In this document: piece after piece, positions 1 through 8,869 of the stretch
How positions within the stretch are numbered: position 1 is the first letter of the stretch
How the letters are laid out: each line of letters opens with the position of its first letter
DNA from: an uncultured Lachnospiraceae bacterium
GTDB taxonomy: Bacteria; Bacillota; Clostridia; Lachnospirales; Lachnospiraceae
DNA length: 35,938 bases
Direction of reading: 5' to 3'
Assembly: GCA_900320825.1 (NCBI GenBank)
Contig: ONTX01000108.1
Span: 1 to 35,938 of the forward strand
Program-made: the position numbers and the translations under genes
The notes under the pieces: generated by a model
The model's input: the letters and a program-made list of their open reading frames with translations, nothing else
Databases searched by the model: none
Told to the model about the DNA's origin: nothing

Positions 1-20
1 ATTCAGCTTTTATAAGGCTT

Positions 21-1919
21 TCAGGCTATTGCACTTCCGGTGTAAAGTGAATAGTATTTTCCTTTGAGAGCGATCAGCTCGTCGTGGGTTCCGCTCTCGA
101 TTATCCTTCCCTGCTCAAGGACCATGATGCAGTCGGCGTTCTTAACCGTGGATAATCTGTGGGCTATGACGAAAGAGGTTCTGCCATGCATCAGCTTGTC
201 CATCCCCTCCTGGATTATCCTTTCGGTTCTGGTATCTATGGAACTTGTTGCCTCATCCAGTATAAGAACCGGGGGATCTTCGATGGCGCATCTGGCGATG
301 GCAAGAAGCTGTCTTTGTCCCTGGGAAAGGTTTGCACCGTTTCCGGTAAGCATGGTGTTGTACCCGTCGGGGAGTTTTGTGATGAACTCGTCGGCATTGG
401 CGAGTTTTGCGGCAGCTATAACTTCCTCATCGGTTGCATCAAGTTTTCCAAAACGTATGTTATCCGCAATGGTTCCTGTGAAAAGGCAGGTTTCCTGGAG
501 AACTATTCCCAGTGATCTTCTAAGATCAGCCTTAGTTATCTTATTGATATTGATTCCGTCGAATCTTATCTTGCCGTCCTGAATATCATAGAAACGGTTT
601 ATGAGATTGGTTATGGTGGTCTTGCCCGCACCGGTGGATCCTACAAATGCGATCTTCTGACCGGGCTTTGCTTCCAGTTTGATGTCGTGAAGCACCATTT
701 TTTCATCCGTATATCCGAAATCCACACCGTCAAATACAACATTTCCCATAAGGGGTTTGTAATCCGTGGTACCTTCGGCTTTGTGGTAATGTTTCCATGC
801 CCACTTTCCGGTGTGCTCAGGAGTCTCGGTAAGCTGACCGTTATCATCTTTGGCGTTAACCAGCATTACATATCCTTCATCGGTCTCGGGTTCTTCATCC
901 ATCAGTGCGAAGATCCTTTCGGCTCCGGCCATTGCCATTATTATGGAATTGAACTGCTGGGCCACCTGGGATATGGGCATATTAAAGCTCTTATTCAGAG
1001 TAAGGAAGGAAGCAACCGATCCTACGGTAAGAGGAGTGAGGATCGCTAAAATGCCACCTGTTATTGCACAGAGTACATAGCTGAGATTTCCCAGCTGTGC
1101 ATTGATGGGACCAAGGGCATTAGCGTAGGTATTAGCCTTGGACGAAGCATCATATAACACGTTATTTAATTCTTCGAAATCCTTTTTACCTACTTCTTCA
1201 TGGCAGAATACTTTGATTACTTTCTGTCCGGTGATCATTTCTTCTATATAACCGTTGACGGTTCCCAGCTGCTTTTGCTGGACCACGAAATGCTTACCGC
1301 TGTTTTTGGCGGCAAAGCCTGTGCAGAAGAGCATTACGCCAACCATAACTAATGTTACTAATGTAAGCCAGGGGCTTAAAATAAGCATTGAAATGAGAGT
1401 GGTAACGATTGTTATTCCTGAGTTGATGCACTGGGGAATGCTCATGGATATCATCTGCCTCATTGTATCAATGTCGTTGGTATATATGGACATGATATCT
1501 CCGTGGGCATGTGTGTCGAAATATTTGATGGGAAGCTTTTCCATCTTTCCGAACAGTTCATCTCTCATGGAACGCATAGTTCCCTGGGTGACCACTATCA
1601 TCAGTCTCTGCTGGACAAAACTTGCAATGACTCCCAGGGCGTAGAAACATGCCACCCTTATGATCGCATTCCTTAAAGGTATAAAATTAGGTTCGGCATC
1701 GGTGAGAAGGTAGGGCGTAATATATTTGTCTATCAGTTCCTTCATGAACAGAGTTCCCTGCAGTGTGCAGAGTACCGATGTTATGATACAGATAATGACG
1801 ATGGTGTAATGAATCTTATAGCTCTTCATTACATAGCCCATGATACGTTTAAACATTTTTCCGGGGTTCTGAGCCTTGGGGCCCGGCCTTCCCAGTGAAT
1901 TACCTCTTGGTCCCGGCAT
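21..1919 (-). CDS. ABC exporter fused permease/ATPase, TM288-like subunit of a heterodimer
   Basis: N-terminal TM domain; Walker A GSTGAGKT, signature LSQGQRQ, Walker B LILDEAT, H-loop IAHRL. Confidence 0.93.
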   Translation of the reverse strand: MPGPRGNSLGRPGPKAQNPGKMFKRIMGYVMKSYKIHYTIVIICIITSVLCTLQGTLFMKELIDKYITPYLLTDAEPNFIPLRNAIIRVACFYALGVIASFVQQRLMIVVTQGTMRSMRDELFGKMEKLPIKYFDTHAHGDIMSIYTNDIDTMRQMISMSIPQCINSGITIVTTLISMLILSPWLTLVTLVMVGVMLFCTGFAAKNSGKHFVVQQKQLGTVNGYIEEMITGQKVIKVFCHEEVGKKDFEELNNVLYDASSKANTYANALGPINAQLGNLSYVLCAITGGILAILTPLTVGSVASFLTLNKSFNMPISQVAQQFNSIIMAMAGAERIFALMDEEPETDEGYVMLVNAKDDNGQLTETPEHTGKWAWKHYHKAEGTTDYKPLMGNVVFDGVDFGYTDEKMVLHDIKLEAKPGQKIAFVGSTGAGKTTITNLINRFYDIQDGKIRFDGININKITKADLRRSLGIVLQETCLFTGTIADNIRFGKLDATDEEVIAAAKLANADEFITKLPDGYNTMLTGNGANLSQGQRQLLAIARCAIEDPPVLILDEATSSIDTRTERIIQEGMDKLMHGRTSFVIAHRLSTVKNADCIMVLEQGRIIESGTHDELIALKGKYYSLYTGSAIA

Positions 1920-3671
1920 TTAAACCACCTCCGTTTCGTCGAAGTCCCTGGCACCGCCGGTCTGGGATTCGTATACCTCGCGGTATATCTCATTGCTTTT
2001 AAGCAGTTCATCATGGGTTCCAATCCCGTCAATCCTGCCGTTATCCAGCACGATTATCCTGTCGGAATCCTGAATACTTGAGATACGCTGTGCGATTATG
2101 AACTTGGTAACACCGGGGATCCGGGATCTGAATGCGGACCTTATCTTTGCATCCGTTGCGGTGTCCACGGCACTGGTAGAATCGTCAAGGATCAGTATCT
2201 TCGGGTCTTTAAGGAGCGCTCTGGCTATGCAGAGACGCTGCTTCTGACCGCCCGAGACATTGTTTCCTCCCTGTTCGATCTTGGAATCGTATCCTTCGGG
2301 CATTTTGCTGATGAATTCGTCGGCACAGGCCATTTCACAGGCTTTTTTGCATTCTTCGTAAGTTGCGTCCTGTTTCCCCCAGCGTAGATTATCAATTACC
2401 GTTCCGGAAAAGAGCTGGTTTTTCTGAAGAACCACTGAAACGGAATTTCTGAGTGTTTCCAGGTCATATTCCCTTACGTCCACTCCTCCCACCTTAACGC
2501 TGCCTGCGGTTACGTCATACAGCCTGCTGATGAGACTGACGAGGGTGGATTTTGAGGATCCGGTGCCTCCCATGATACCGATGGTCTCTCCGGATTTTAT
2601 GTCGAGATTTATATTTTCCAGAACGGGTTTACCGCCTCTTTCATAATTGTATGCAAATGATACGTCCGTGAAAGTTACGGAACCGTCTTTTATCTCTGTA
2701 ACAGGGTTTTCGGGATTTTTAAGGTCTGATTCTTCGTCCAAAACTTCCGCAATACGTTCGGCACTGGCTGCGCTTATGGTAAGCATTACGAATATCATGG
2801 AAAGCATCATAAGGTTCATCAGGATGTTCATGCAGTAAGCTAAAAGGCTCATGAGTTCGCCTGTGGTAAGGTCGTTCACGCTTATCATTTTAGCTCCCAT
2901 CCAGCTGATGACCAGGATGCAGGAAAAAACGGTAAGCTGCATAATGGGCATATTCAGGACAACCTTGCCCTCGGCTTTCTTGAAGATGTCGTAGATTCCC
3001 TTTGAGGCTTTCCTGAACCTGTCTATCTGCTCATCTTCCCTGACATAAGCCTTGACCACGCGGATAGCGGTGACGTTTTCCTGGACGGATTCGTTTAATT
3101 TGTCGTATCTGGGGAAGGCTTTTCTGAATACCTTGGTAGCACTGCATATTATGGTAAAAACAACAATTCCCAGAGCGATGACGGCAACGAGATAAACCCT
3201 GGCGATGCGGGCGTTGATATAAAACGCCATGCACATGGCAAAAATGATGCTTGCGGGGGCACGCATTGCCATTCTCAGAACCATCATGAATGAATTCTGG
3301 ACATTTGTGACATCGGTGGTGAGTCTTGTTACAAGGCTTGATGTGGAGAATTTATCGATGTTTGAGAAGGAAAAAGTCTGTATGTTGTCATACATGGACT
3401 TTCTTAAGTTTTTTGCAAGACCTGTGGCAGCTACCGAAGCAAACCGGCCTCCCAGTATTCCTCCGATAAAGCCGATCAGTGCTGCAAATACCATATAAAG
3501 ACCGATCTTGAGAATATGATTCATGTTGCCGGCATAGACGCCGTCATCGATGATGGATGCCATAAGATAGGGAACGATCATCTCCATGGCCACCTCCACC
3601 AGCATGCAAAGCGGTGTGAGAATGGCCGGAAGCTTGTATTCCCGTATCTGGCCTATAATTTTTTTCCACAT
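1920..3671 (-). CDS. ABC exporter fused permease/ATPase, TM287-like subunit of a heterodimer
   Basis: TM domain; Walker A GGTGSSKS, VSGGQKQ, Walker B LILDDST, switch IAQR; stop abuts start of partner gene. Confidence 0.93.
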   Translation of the reverse strand: MWKKIIGQIREYKLPAILTPLCMLVEVAMEMIVPYLMASIIDDGVYAGNMNHILKIGLYMVFAALIGFIGGILGGRFASVAATGLAKNLRKSMYDNIQTFSFSNIDKFSTSSLVTRLTTDVTNVQNSFMMVLRMAMRAPASIIFAMCMAFYINARIARVYLVAVIALGIVVFTIICSATKVFRKAFPRYDKLNESVQENVTAIRVVKAYVREDEQIDRFRKASKGIYDIFKKAEGKVVLNMPIMQLTVFSCILVISWMGAKMISVNDLTTGELMSLLAYCMNILMNLMMLSMIFVMLTISAASAERIAEVLDEESDLKNPENPVTEIKDGSVTFTDVSFAYNYERGGKPVLENINLDIKSGETIGIMGGTGSSKSTLVSLISRLYDVTAGSVKVGGVDVREYDLETLRNSVSVVLQKNQLFSGTVIDNLRWGKQDATYEECKKACEMACADEFISKMPEGYDSKIEQGGNNVSGGQKQRLCIARALLKDPKILILDDSTSAVDTATDAKIRSAFRSRIPGVTKFIIAQRISSIQDSDRIIVLDNGRIDGIGTHDELLKSNEIYREVYESQTGGARDFDETEVV

Positions 3672-3709
3672 TTTGTTATTTCCTTAATTAATTTTAATCC
3701 GACTCTTTT

Positions 3710-3737
3710 ATTATAAAACCTGGACGTTTCAAGTCAA
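3710..3737 (-). promoter_or_regulatory. Putative sigma-A promoter for the ABC pair
   Basis: Minus-strand TTGACT (3737-3732), 16-nt spacer, TATAAT (3715-3710). Confidence 0.5.
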
Positions 3738-3835
3738 CCGGATGTGGTATCCAAAAGCAGGACAAATACATGGCTGATTTGTGGTAAAATATATTAAAAC
3801 TTCTGTATATACGGGCATTTTAAAGGGAGAATGAT

Positions 3836-5581
3836 ATGTTATATACCGAAAAAGCAAATGAATGGAAAAACAGCCTCGAAAAAACGGATCCGCTTTATGA
3901 CGAACTTGTGAGTGTGACCGATGAGGCGGAACTTGAAGACAGATTTTACAAAGACCTGTCCTTCGGTACTGCGGGACTCAGAGGCAAGGTGGGTGTGGGA
4001 ACCAACCGCATGAACCGCTTTACTGTAGGCCGGGCAGCCCAGGGAATAGCCGATTATATTAAAAAAGAGGGAGACGAGGCCTGCAAAAGAGGCGTTGTGA
4101 TAGCCCATGATCCCAGGCATTTTTCTTCGGAATTTTCGAAGATGACGGCGCTTATCCTTGCTGAAAACGGCATAAAGGCATACACTTTCCCGTCTCTCAG
4201 GCCAACCCCGGAGCTTGCTTTTATGATAAGGCGTCTTAAGTGCATTTCGGGGATCAATATCACCGCATCCCACAACCCCAGGGAATATAACGGATTTAAG
4301 GCATACTGGGAGGACGGATGCCAGGTAAGCTCATCAGTTGCAGACGGCATGACAGACTGCATCAATGCGGTGGATTATTTTACCGGAATAAAAGGGATGA
4401 CCGCACTTGATGATACCCTGGATAAAGCCTATGAGAAGGCTGTTTCCGAAGGCTTTGTCACCATTCTTGACGAAAAATATGACAGGGAGTACCTGGATAA
4501 GATAAAGGGGCTTGCGATCCACGAAGGTGAGGAACTTGATCTGTCCATTCCCATAATTTACACCCCTCTTAACGGTGCGGGCAGCATTCCTTTTATGACG
4601 GTCATGAAGGAAAGGGGATTTTCAAATATTTCCATCGTGGAAGAGCAGAAAGACCCTGATCCTGACTTTACCACCGTCGGCTATCCAAATCCTGAGGATC
4701 CGAAGGCCTTTAAGATGTCCGAAGAACTGGGAAAAAAGACCGGAGCCCAGCTGCTTATGGCAACAGATCCCGATGCGGACAGATTTGCCATAGAGCTTCT
4801 TATGGACAACGGAGAATATCTGCCCCTTAACGGGAATCAGACGGGCTATATCCTTGTGGGTTATATCTTAGACGGAATGAAGGATGCGGGAACACTTCCC
4901 GAAAACGGTGCAATGGTAAAATCCATAGTAACATCCACCATGTCTTCCGTAATGGCGGAAAAATACGGGGTTAAGATGTATGAATCCCTTACGGGATTTA
5001 AGAATATCTGCGGTCTGATCCCTTATCTTGAAAGCAGGGATGAAAAATATCTCTTCGGATACGAGGAATCTGTGGGATATGCTGCGTGTGAGGATATAAG
5101 GGATAAGGACGGCATAAGTGCCGGAATGCTTGTTGCGGAAGCTGCCGCATATTATAAGAAAAAAAGCGGAAAATCACTTTACAGGGTTTTGATGGATCTT
5201 TATGAAAGATTCGGATTTTATGCAGAGGATGAACCTAATCTTGTGCTTGAAGGAATAGAGGGCAGCAAGAGAATTGCAAGGATGATGGAGCACCTGAGAA
5301 ATAATCCCATTACTGAGATCGCCGGCCGGAAGGTGGAAAAGGTTATGGATTATAATGAAGGATCCGAGGATATATGTCATCCGGAAAACAAGATCCCCGG
5401 GACCAATGCACTCAGGTATTTCCTTGAGGGTGAGGATACCTGGTTTGCCATAAGACCTTCGGGAACAGAGCCTAAGATCAAATTCTATTTTTATACAAAG
5501 CAGGGTTCAAGGCAGGAAGCTTTAGATGCCAATGCCAGTATCAAAAAAGCCGTGATGGATGTGATCTGCAGCGTAGAGTGA
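3836..5581 (+). CDS. pgm: Phosphoglucomutase/phosphomannomutase (alpha-D-phosphohexomutase)
   Basis: FGTAGLRG, catalytic TASHNP, metal loop DPDADR, YEES, RPSGTEPK; extended -10 TGGTAAAAT at 3782-3790. Confidence 0.92.
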   Translation: MLYTEKANEWKNSLEKTDPLYDELVSVTDEAELEDRFYKDLSFGTAGLRGKVGVGTNRMNRFTVGRAAQGIADYIKKEGDEACKRGVVIAHDPRHFSSEFSKMTALILAENGIKAYTFPSLRPTPELAFMIRRLKCISGINITASHNPREYNGFKAYWEDGCQVSSSVADGMTDCINAVDYFTGIKGMTALDDTLDKAYEKAVSEGFVTILDEKYDREYLDKIKGLAIHEGEELDLSIPIIYTPLNGAGSIPFMTVMKERGFSNISIVEEQKDPDPDFTTVGYPNPEDPKAFKMSEELGKKTGAQLLMATDPDADRFAIELLMDNGEYLPLNGNQTGYILVGYILDGMKDAGTLPENGAMVKSIVTSTMSSVMAEKYGVKMYESLTGFKNICGLIPYLESRDEKYLFGYEESVGYAACEDIRDKDGISAGMLVAEAAAYYKKKSGKSLYRVLMDLYERFGFYAEDEPNLVLEGIEGSKRIARMMEHLRNNPITEIAGRKVEKVMDYNEGSEDICHPENKIPGTNALRYFLEGEDTWFAIRPSGTEPKIKFYFYTKQGSRQEALDANASIKKAVMDVICSVE

Positions 5582-5591
5582 GATTTGCGTT

Positions 5592-7757
5592 TTACACAAA
5601 ACTCAGATTTCCCATTAGGAAATCCTTTAATATTCCAGTGCTTTCCCTGATCATATTGTTGGGAAGATAAAGAGGAACTGAAGCAGCGGGTATACCGGTA
5701 ATGTCGGTATATCCGCTTTTTCTTGCTATGGCAAGGGCTCTGAATACATGGAAATCACTTGTTACAATGCCTACGGAAGCCCCTGACAGATCCGGCTCCA
5801 TGGCCATGGAAAACTGCAGGTTTTCGGATGTATTGGTTGAAGAATCCTCCATAAGGATCCTGCTTTCGTCTATTCCGCGGTTTACAAGATAATCATTCAT
5901 CACCTGTGCTTCGGAGGTTATCTCATTGCTTCCCTTTCCGCCGGATACGATTATGACTGTATCCGGGTTTTCGGTGGCATAGTCATATGCCCTGTCCAGT
6001 CTCATTCTGGTAACTACGGCGGGGCCCGTGGGTTTTACCTGGGCGCCCAGGACGATTATGTAATCAAGACGGGGGGTGTTTTGTGCAAAGAACCCGTTTA
6101 CCACCATGCACTGGGTGGCCAGCACAAAAATGAGCCCGGCTCCGATCATTAATGCAAAAAATACCTTAAGCGGAGCCTTCATGCGCCTGATGAAGCCTTT
6201 TCCAAGCAGTAGTCCGCACAGGAACAGGAATGCGGCACCCGCAAACCAGCAAAGGTAAAAATTAGAGCCGGAATTTGCAAGCCTTACTATAATGCCGTAG
6301 AGAAGACAGAGAATAGCTGGTATGCATAGAATGAACCCTTCGATCCTTTCTTTTTTCACATCAGGGCTTTCCTCCGCATCCGCAAAACTTTTCCGTTTGA
6401 TGTTTGAATATATCAGGTGGTAAATGATGGAAATTGCCGATGCGATGAACCATGATATGGGATATGTGGCAAGGAGCACCTGCAGAGTCCTGTGTTCTCT
6501 GAAAACCGTAAGTATCCAAAGGATCCTTATTCCGCACACTCCCAGGACACTTATGATCATGGGGCCCACTGCGTTGCCCATGCCTCGTTCCGCCGCGGAG
6601 CACAGTTCAAGGGCGATATAGGTGAAGTAATATGAAACTATCAGCTGGACCATGTATTGTGCGATGGTGATGACTGCTTCGTCACTCGAGAAGAGCATCA
6701 GAATATATCTGCTGAATGCAAGCAGCACCGTCTCTGTGACCACGGTAAGGCCCAGCAGATACAAAGTACCCGTGCGTACTGATTTTTTGACTCTTGTAAA
6801 TGAGCCAGCCCCGAAATTCTGGGCAACAAAGGTTGAGGTTGTGATGCCCATACAGGAGCACATCATCCAGAAGATCTGGTCTGCTTTTCCCGTTGCAACC
6901 CATGCCGCAACGGTATCCGTTCCAAAGCCGTTAACAGCCGTCTGGATCAGGACATTTGATGCGGTGTAGGTGAGGCTGTGGATTGTTGACGGAATGCCAA
7001 TTGCCAGTATTCTTTTCAGGTAATAGGAATGAAGCCTGATCTTTTTTAGATACAGTCTGTAGCTGTCCTTTGTCCGTACAAGCACATAGATGGTCATTAC
7101 GGCACTCACGGCCTGAGAGATGATGGTGGCAAGAGCAACTCCCGCAACTCCCATTCCCATAAAAAGAACCAGGACAAGGTCAAGTATGATATTTACTATG
7201 GAAGTTATGATGAGGAAATACAGGGGTCTTTTTGAGTCGCCCACGGCACGGAGAATTCCCGCACCCATATTGTAGATAAGGTTGGGAATCATGCCGGCAA
7301 GATATATCTGAAGGTATATGACGGATCCGTCAAGTGTCTCTGCCGGTGTGTTCATGGCAAGCAGCATTTTTTCTGTAAGAGGAATTCCGGTGATCATCAT
7401 CAGTGCACCGATGAGTATGGCAAATGCCATGCCGGTGTGAACGGACTTTGATACGTCCTCATCCCTGCCTGCGCCGTAATACTGTCCGACTATGATGGTG
7501 ACGCCGGAAGAAAGCGCCGTAAGTCCGCCCACAAATACATTGACCAGTATCGCGGAAGCACCGCCTACCGCAGATAAGGCTTCCTTTCCCACGAACCGTC
7601 CCACGATAACGGAGTCCGCGGTATTATAAAGGAGCTGAAAAAAAGTGCCCAGCATAAGAGGAAGGAAGAACGCGATCATTTCCTTCGCGATATTTCCTTC
7701 GGTTATGGGATTTATGACCTTTGCAGAGGTGTTTTTTTCTTTAATCGTTGTGTCCAT
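5592..7757 (-). CDS. MATE-family transporter fused to a C-terminal YdcF/ElyC-like (DUF218) domain
   Basis: First ~450 aa are MATE-like (LYNTADSVIVG, LRAVGDSKRP, GVAGVALAT, QNFGAG); then extra TM helices and DUF218 motifs IIVLG, IIVSGG, EDSSTNTSEN, VTSDFH..RA. Confidence 0.85.
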   Translation of the reverse strand: MDTTIKEKNTSAKVINPITEGNIAKEMIAFFLPLMLGTFFQLLYNTADSVIVGRFVGKEALSAVGGASAILVNVFVGGLTALSSGVTIIVGQYYGAGRDEDVSKSVHTGMAFAILIGALMMITGIPLTEKMLLAMNTPAETLDGSVIYLQIYLAGMIPNLIYNMGAGILRAVGDSKRPLYFLIITSIVNIILDLVLVLFMGMGVAGVALATIISQAVSAVMTIYVLVRTKDSYRLYLKKIRLHSYYLKRILAIGIPSTIHSLTYTASNVLIQTAVNGFGTDTVAAWVATGKADQIFWMMCSCMGITTSTFVAQNFGAGSFTRVKKSVRTGTLYLLGLTVVTETVLLAFSRYILMLFSSDEAVITIAQYMVQLIVSYYFTYIALELCSAAERGMGNAVGPMIISVLGVCGIRILWILTVFREHRTLQVLLATYPISWFIASAISIIYHLIYSNIKRKSFADAEESPDVKKERIEGFILCIPAILCLLYGIIVRLANSGSNFYLCWFAGAAFLFLCGLLLGKGFIRRMKAPLKVFFALMIGAGLIFVLATQCMVVNGFFAQNTPRLDYIIVLGAQVKPTGPAVVTRMRLDRAYDYATENPDTVIIVSGGKGSNEITSEAQVMNDYLVNRGIDESRILMEDSSTNTSENLQFSMAMEPDLSGASVGIVTSDFHVFRALAIARKSGYTDITGIPAASVPLYLPNNMIRESTGILKDFLMGNLSFV

Positions 7758-7855
7758 GTTTTTGATGATTAGGTTGTTTTTGTCATAGAAAAATCAATAT
7801 CATTATAATACACGATTCGGACATGGCCATAAGTATATATAAATGATTACGATAA

Positions 7856-7898
7856 AATTGCAGGTAATCTTTTTGGTTTGCCTGCAATTCTTTTATTT
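7856..7898 (+). terminator. Intrinsic terminator-like hairpin upstream of the TA-like module
   Basis: AATTGCAGGTAA...TTGCCTGCAATT stem followed by CTTTTATTT. Confidence 0.55.
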
Positions 7899-7913
7899 CG
7901 TATATCGGTGTTC

Positions 7914-7962
7914 TTGACTCTGATACGATAAAATGATAATATCAATACGAAAAAACCGTATT
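7914..7962 (+). promoter_or_regulatory. Sigma-A promoter with overlapping palindromic operator for the XRE/PemK module
   Basis: TTGACT (7914-7919), 17 nt, TG-A-TAATAT (7934-7942); inverted repeat AATACG-N7-CGTATT at 7944-7962. Confidence 0.6.
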
Positions 7963-7980
7963 TTCCGGAAAGGAGCAGCC

Positions 7981-8433
7981 ATGGACTATCCTGCAAAAAG
8001 TATCAGAATGATTGTATCGGGAAATATCAATCGCCTGCTTAGTGAAAGTAAGAAGACCAGACATCAGATTTGTGACGATTTGGGGATTAAATACACCACT
8101 TTTTGCGACTGGATCAAAGGAAACAGTTCACCCAAATTGGAATCTCTGGAAGCTATGAGTTCGTACTTTGGGGTTGAAATCGGGGATTTTTTTGTTGATT
8201 TTGATGATCCCGGAGATATAAGCAAAAGACTTTCTTCATATGCCGCTCACGCAATGACTCTTGATGTTTCTATACTTGATAGCATTACGGATGACCAGTT
8301 CCGGGAACTTATCAACAAGGGTTTTTCCTTCAGACACAAATCTCTTGAAGAATATATTCGTGAAAGCGGAAGAAAACTTGTCGCAAGTCCTGAATATGCC
8401 TGGGGAAGCCCTGTGGGGGATGAATTATGGTAA
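7981..8433 (+). CDS. XRE-family HTH protein with MazE-like C-terminal tail; putative antitoxin
   Basis: SD AGGAG at 7971-7975 favours ATG 7981; Cro/C1 HTH (ICDDLGIKYTTFCDWIKGNSSP...YFGV); C-terminus EYAWGSPVGDELW resembles MazE tail. Confidence 0.75.
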   Translation: MDYPAKSIRMIVSGNINRLLSESKKTRHQICDDLGIKYTTFCDWIKGNSSPKLESLEAMSSYFGVEIGDFFVDFDDPGDISKRLSSYAAHAMTLDVSILDSITDDQFRELINKGFSFRHKSLEEYIRESGRKLVASPEYAWGSPVGDELW

Positions 8434-8723
8434 CTCAGGGTGAAGTGATAAATGTAGGTGGAATAGAAGCGCCGGTTCTTGTTATAAGCAAAAATGTTTA
8501 TAACGAATCGGGAGCTGCGATAGTTTGCCCCATTATGAATAAGAAACCTAAAGATATTTTGAATGTACATATTGAAACTTCCGTGATCAGCGGATATGTA
8601 ATATGCGATGAGTTTAAGAGAATAAACTGGAAGGAGAGGGGAGCTTTCAGCAAAGGTACTGTTTCACCGATTAAACTTTTTTGCGTGCTGGATATTGTGA
8701 GTGCACTGTTTGATTTTGTCTGA
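8427..8723 (+). CDS. PemK/MazF-fold protein, shortened and lacking canonical catalytic residues
   Basis: MVTQGEVI, PVLVIS...N, IVCPI, GYVICD...I.W..R pattern; 7-nt ATGGTAA overlap with the upstream gene, a coupled junction like mazEF. Confidence 0.75.
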   Translation: MVTQGEVINVGGIEAPVLVISKNVYNESGAAIVCPIMNKKPKDILNVHIETSVISGYVICDEFKRINWKERGAFSKGTVSPIKLFCVLDIVSALFDFV

Positions 8724-8732
8724 AGATATTGT

Positions 8733-8767
8733 AACCGGGAGGAATCTGACAAGTCCTTCCGGTTTTT
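8733..8767 (+). terminator. Intrinsic terminator after the PemK-like gene
   Basis: AACCGGGAGGA...TCCTTCCGGTT stem running into a T-tract. Confidence 0.65.
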
Positions 8768-8773
8768 CTTATC

Positions 8774-8802
8774 TTGTAATACCCCTTCGTAAGTGTTAAA
8801 AT
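8774..8802 (+). promoter_or_regulatory. Sigma-A promoter of ptb-buk
   Basis: TTGTAA (8774-8779), 17 nt, extended -10 TG-T-TAAAAT (8794-8802). Confidence 0.65.
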
Positions 8803-8869
8803 TTTCAAGGTGTTTTTATTGAATATCGGGAGTTTTCCCGTAAAAAAAGATTTAACAAGGAGACATATC

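Noticed and set aside
7843-7917. 24-aa hydrophobic ORF MITIKLQVIFLVCLQFFYFVYRCS resembling a type I toxin
   Set aside because: No SD; hydrophobicity follows from the T-rich terminator sequence it overlaps.
7933-7980. Longer N-terminus for the XRE protein from the ORF track
   Set aside because: Overlaps the promoter/operator; SD supports ATG 7981.
8793-8858. Rex-like half-sites (TGTTAA, TTAACAA) upstream of ptb
   Set aside because: Neither forms a convincing TTGTTAA-N4-TTAACAA palindrome; the first is explained by the extended -10.
8810-8869. Extended GTG start for ptb
   Set aside because: SD and family N-terminus support ATG 8870.
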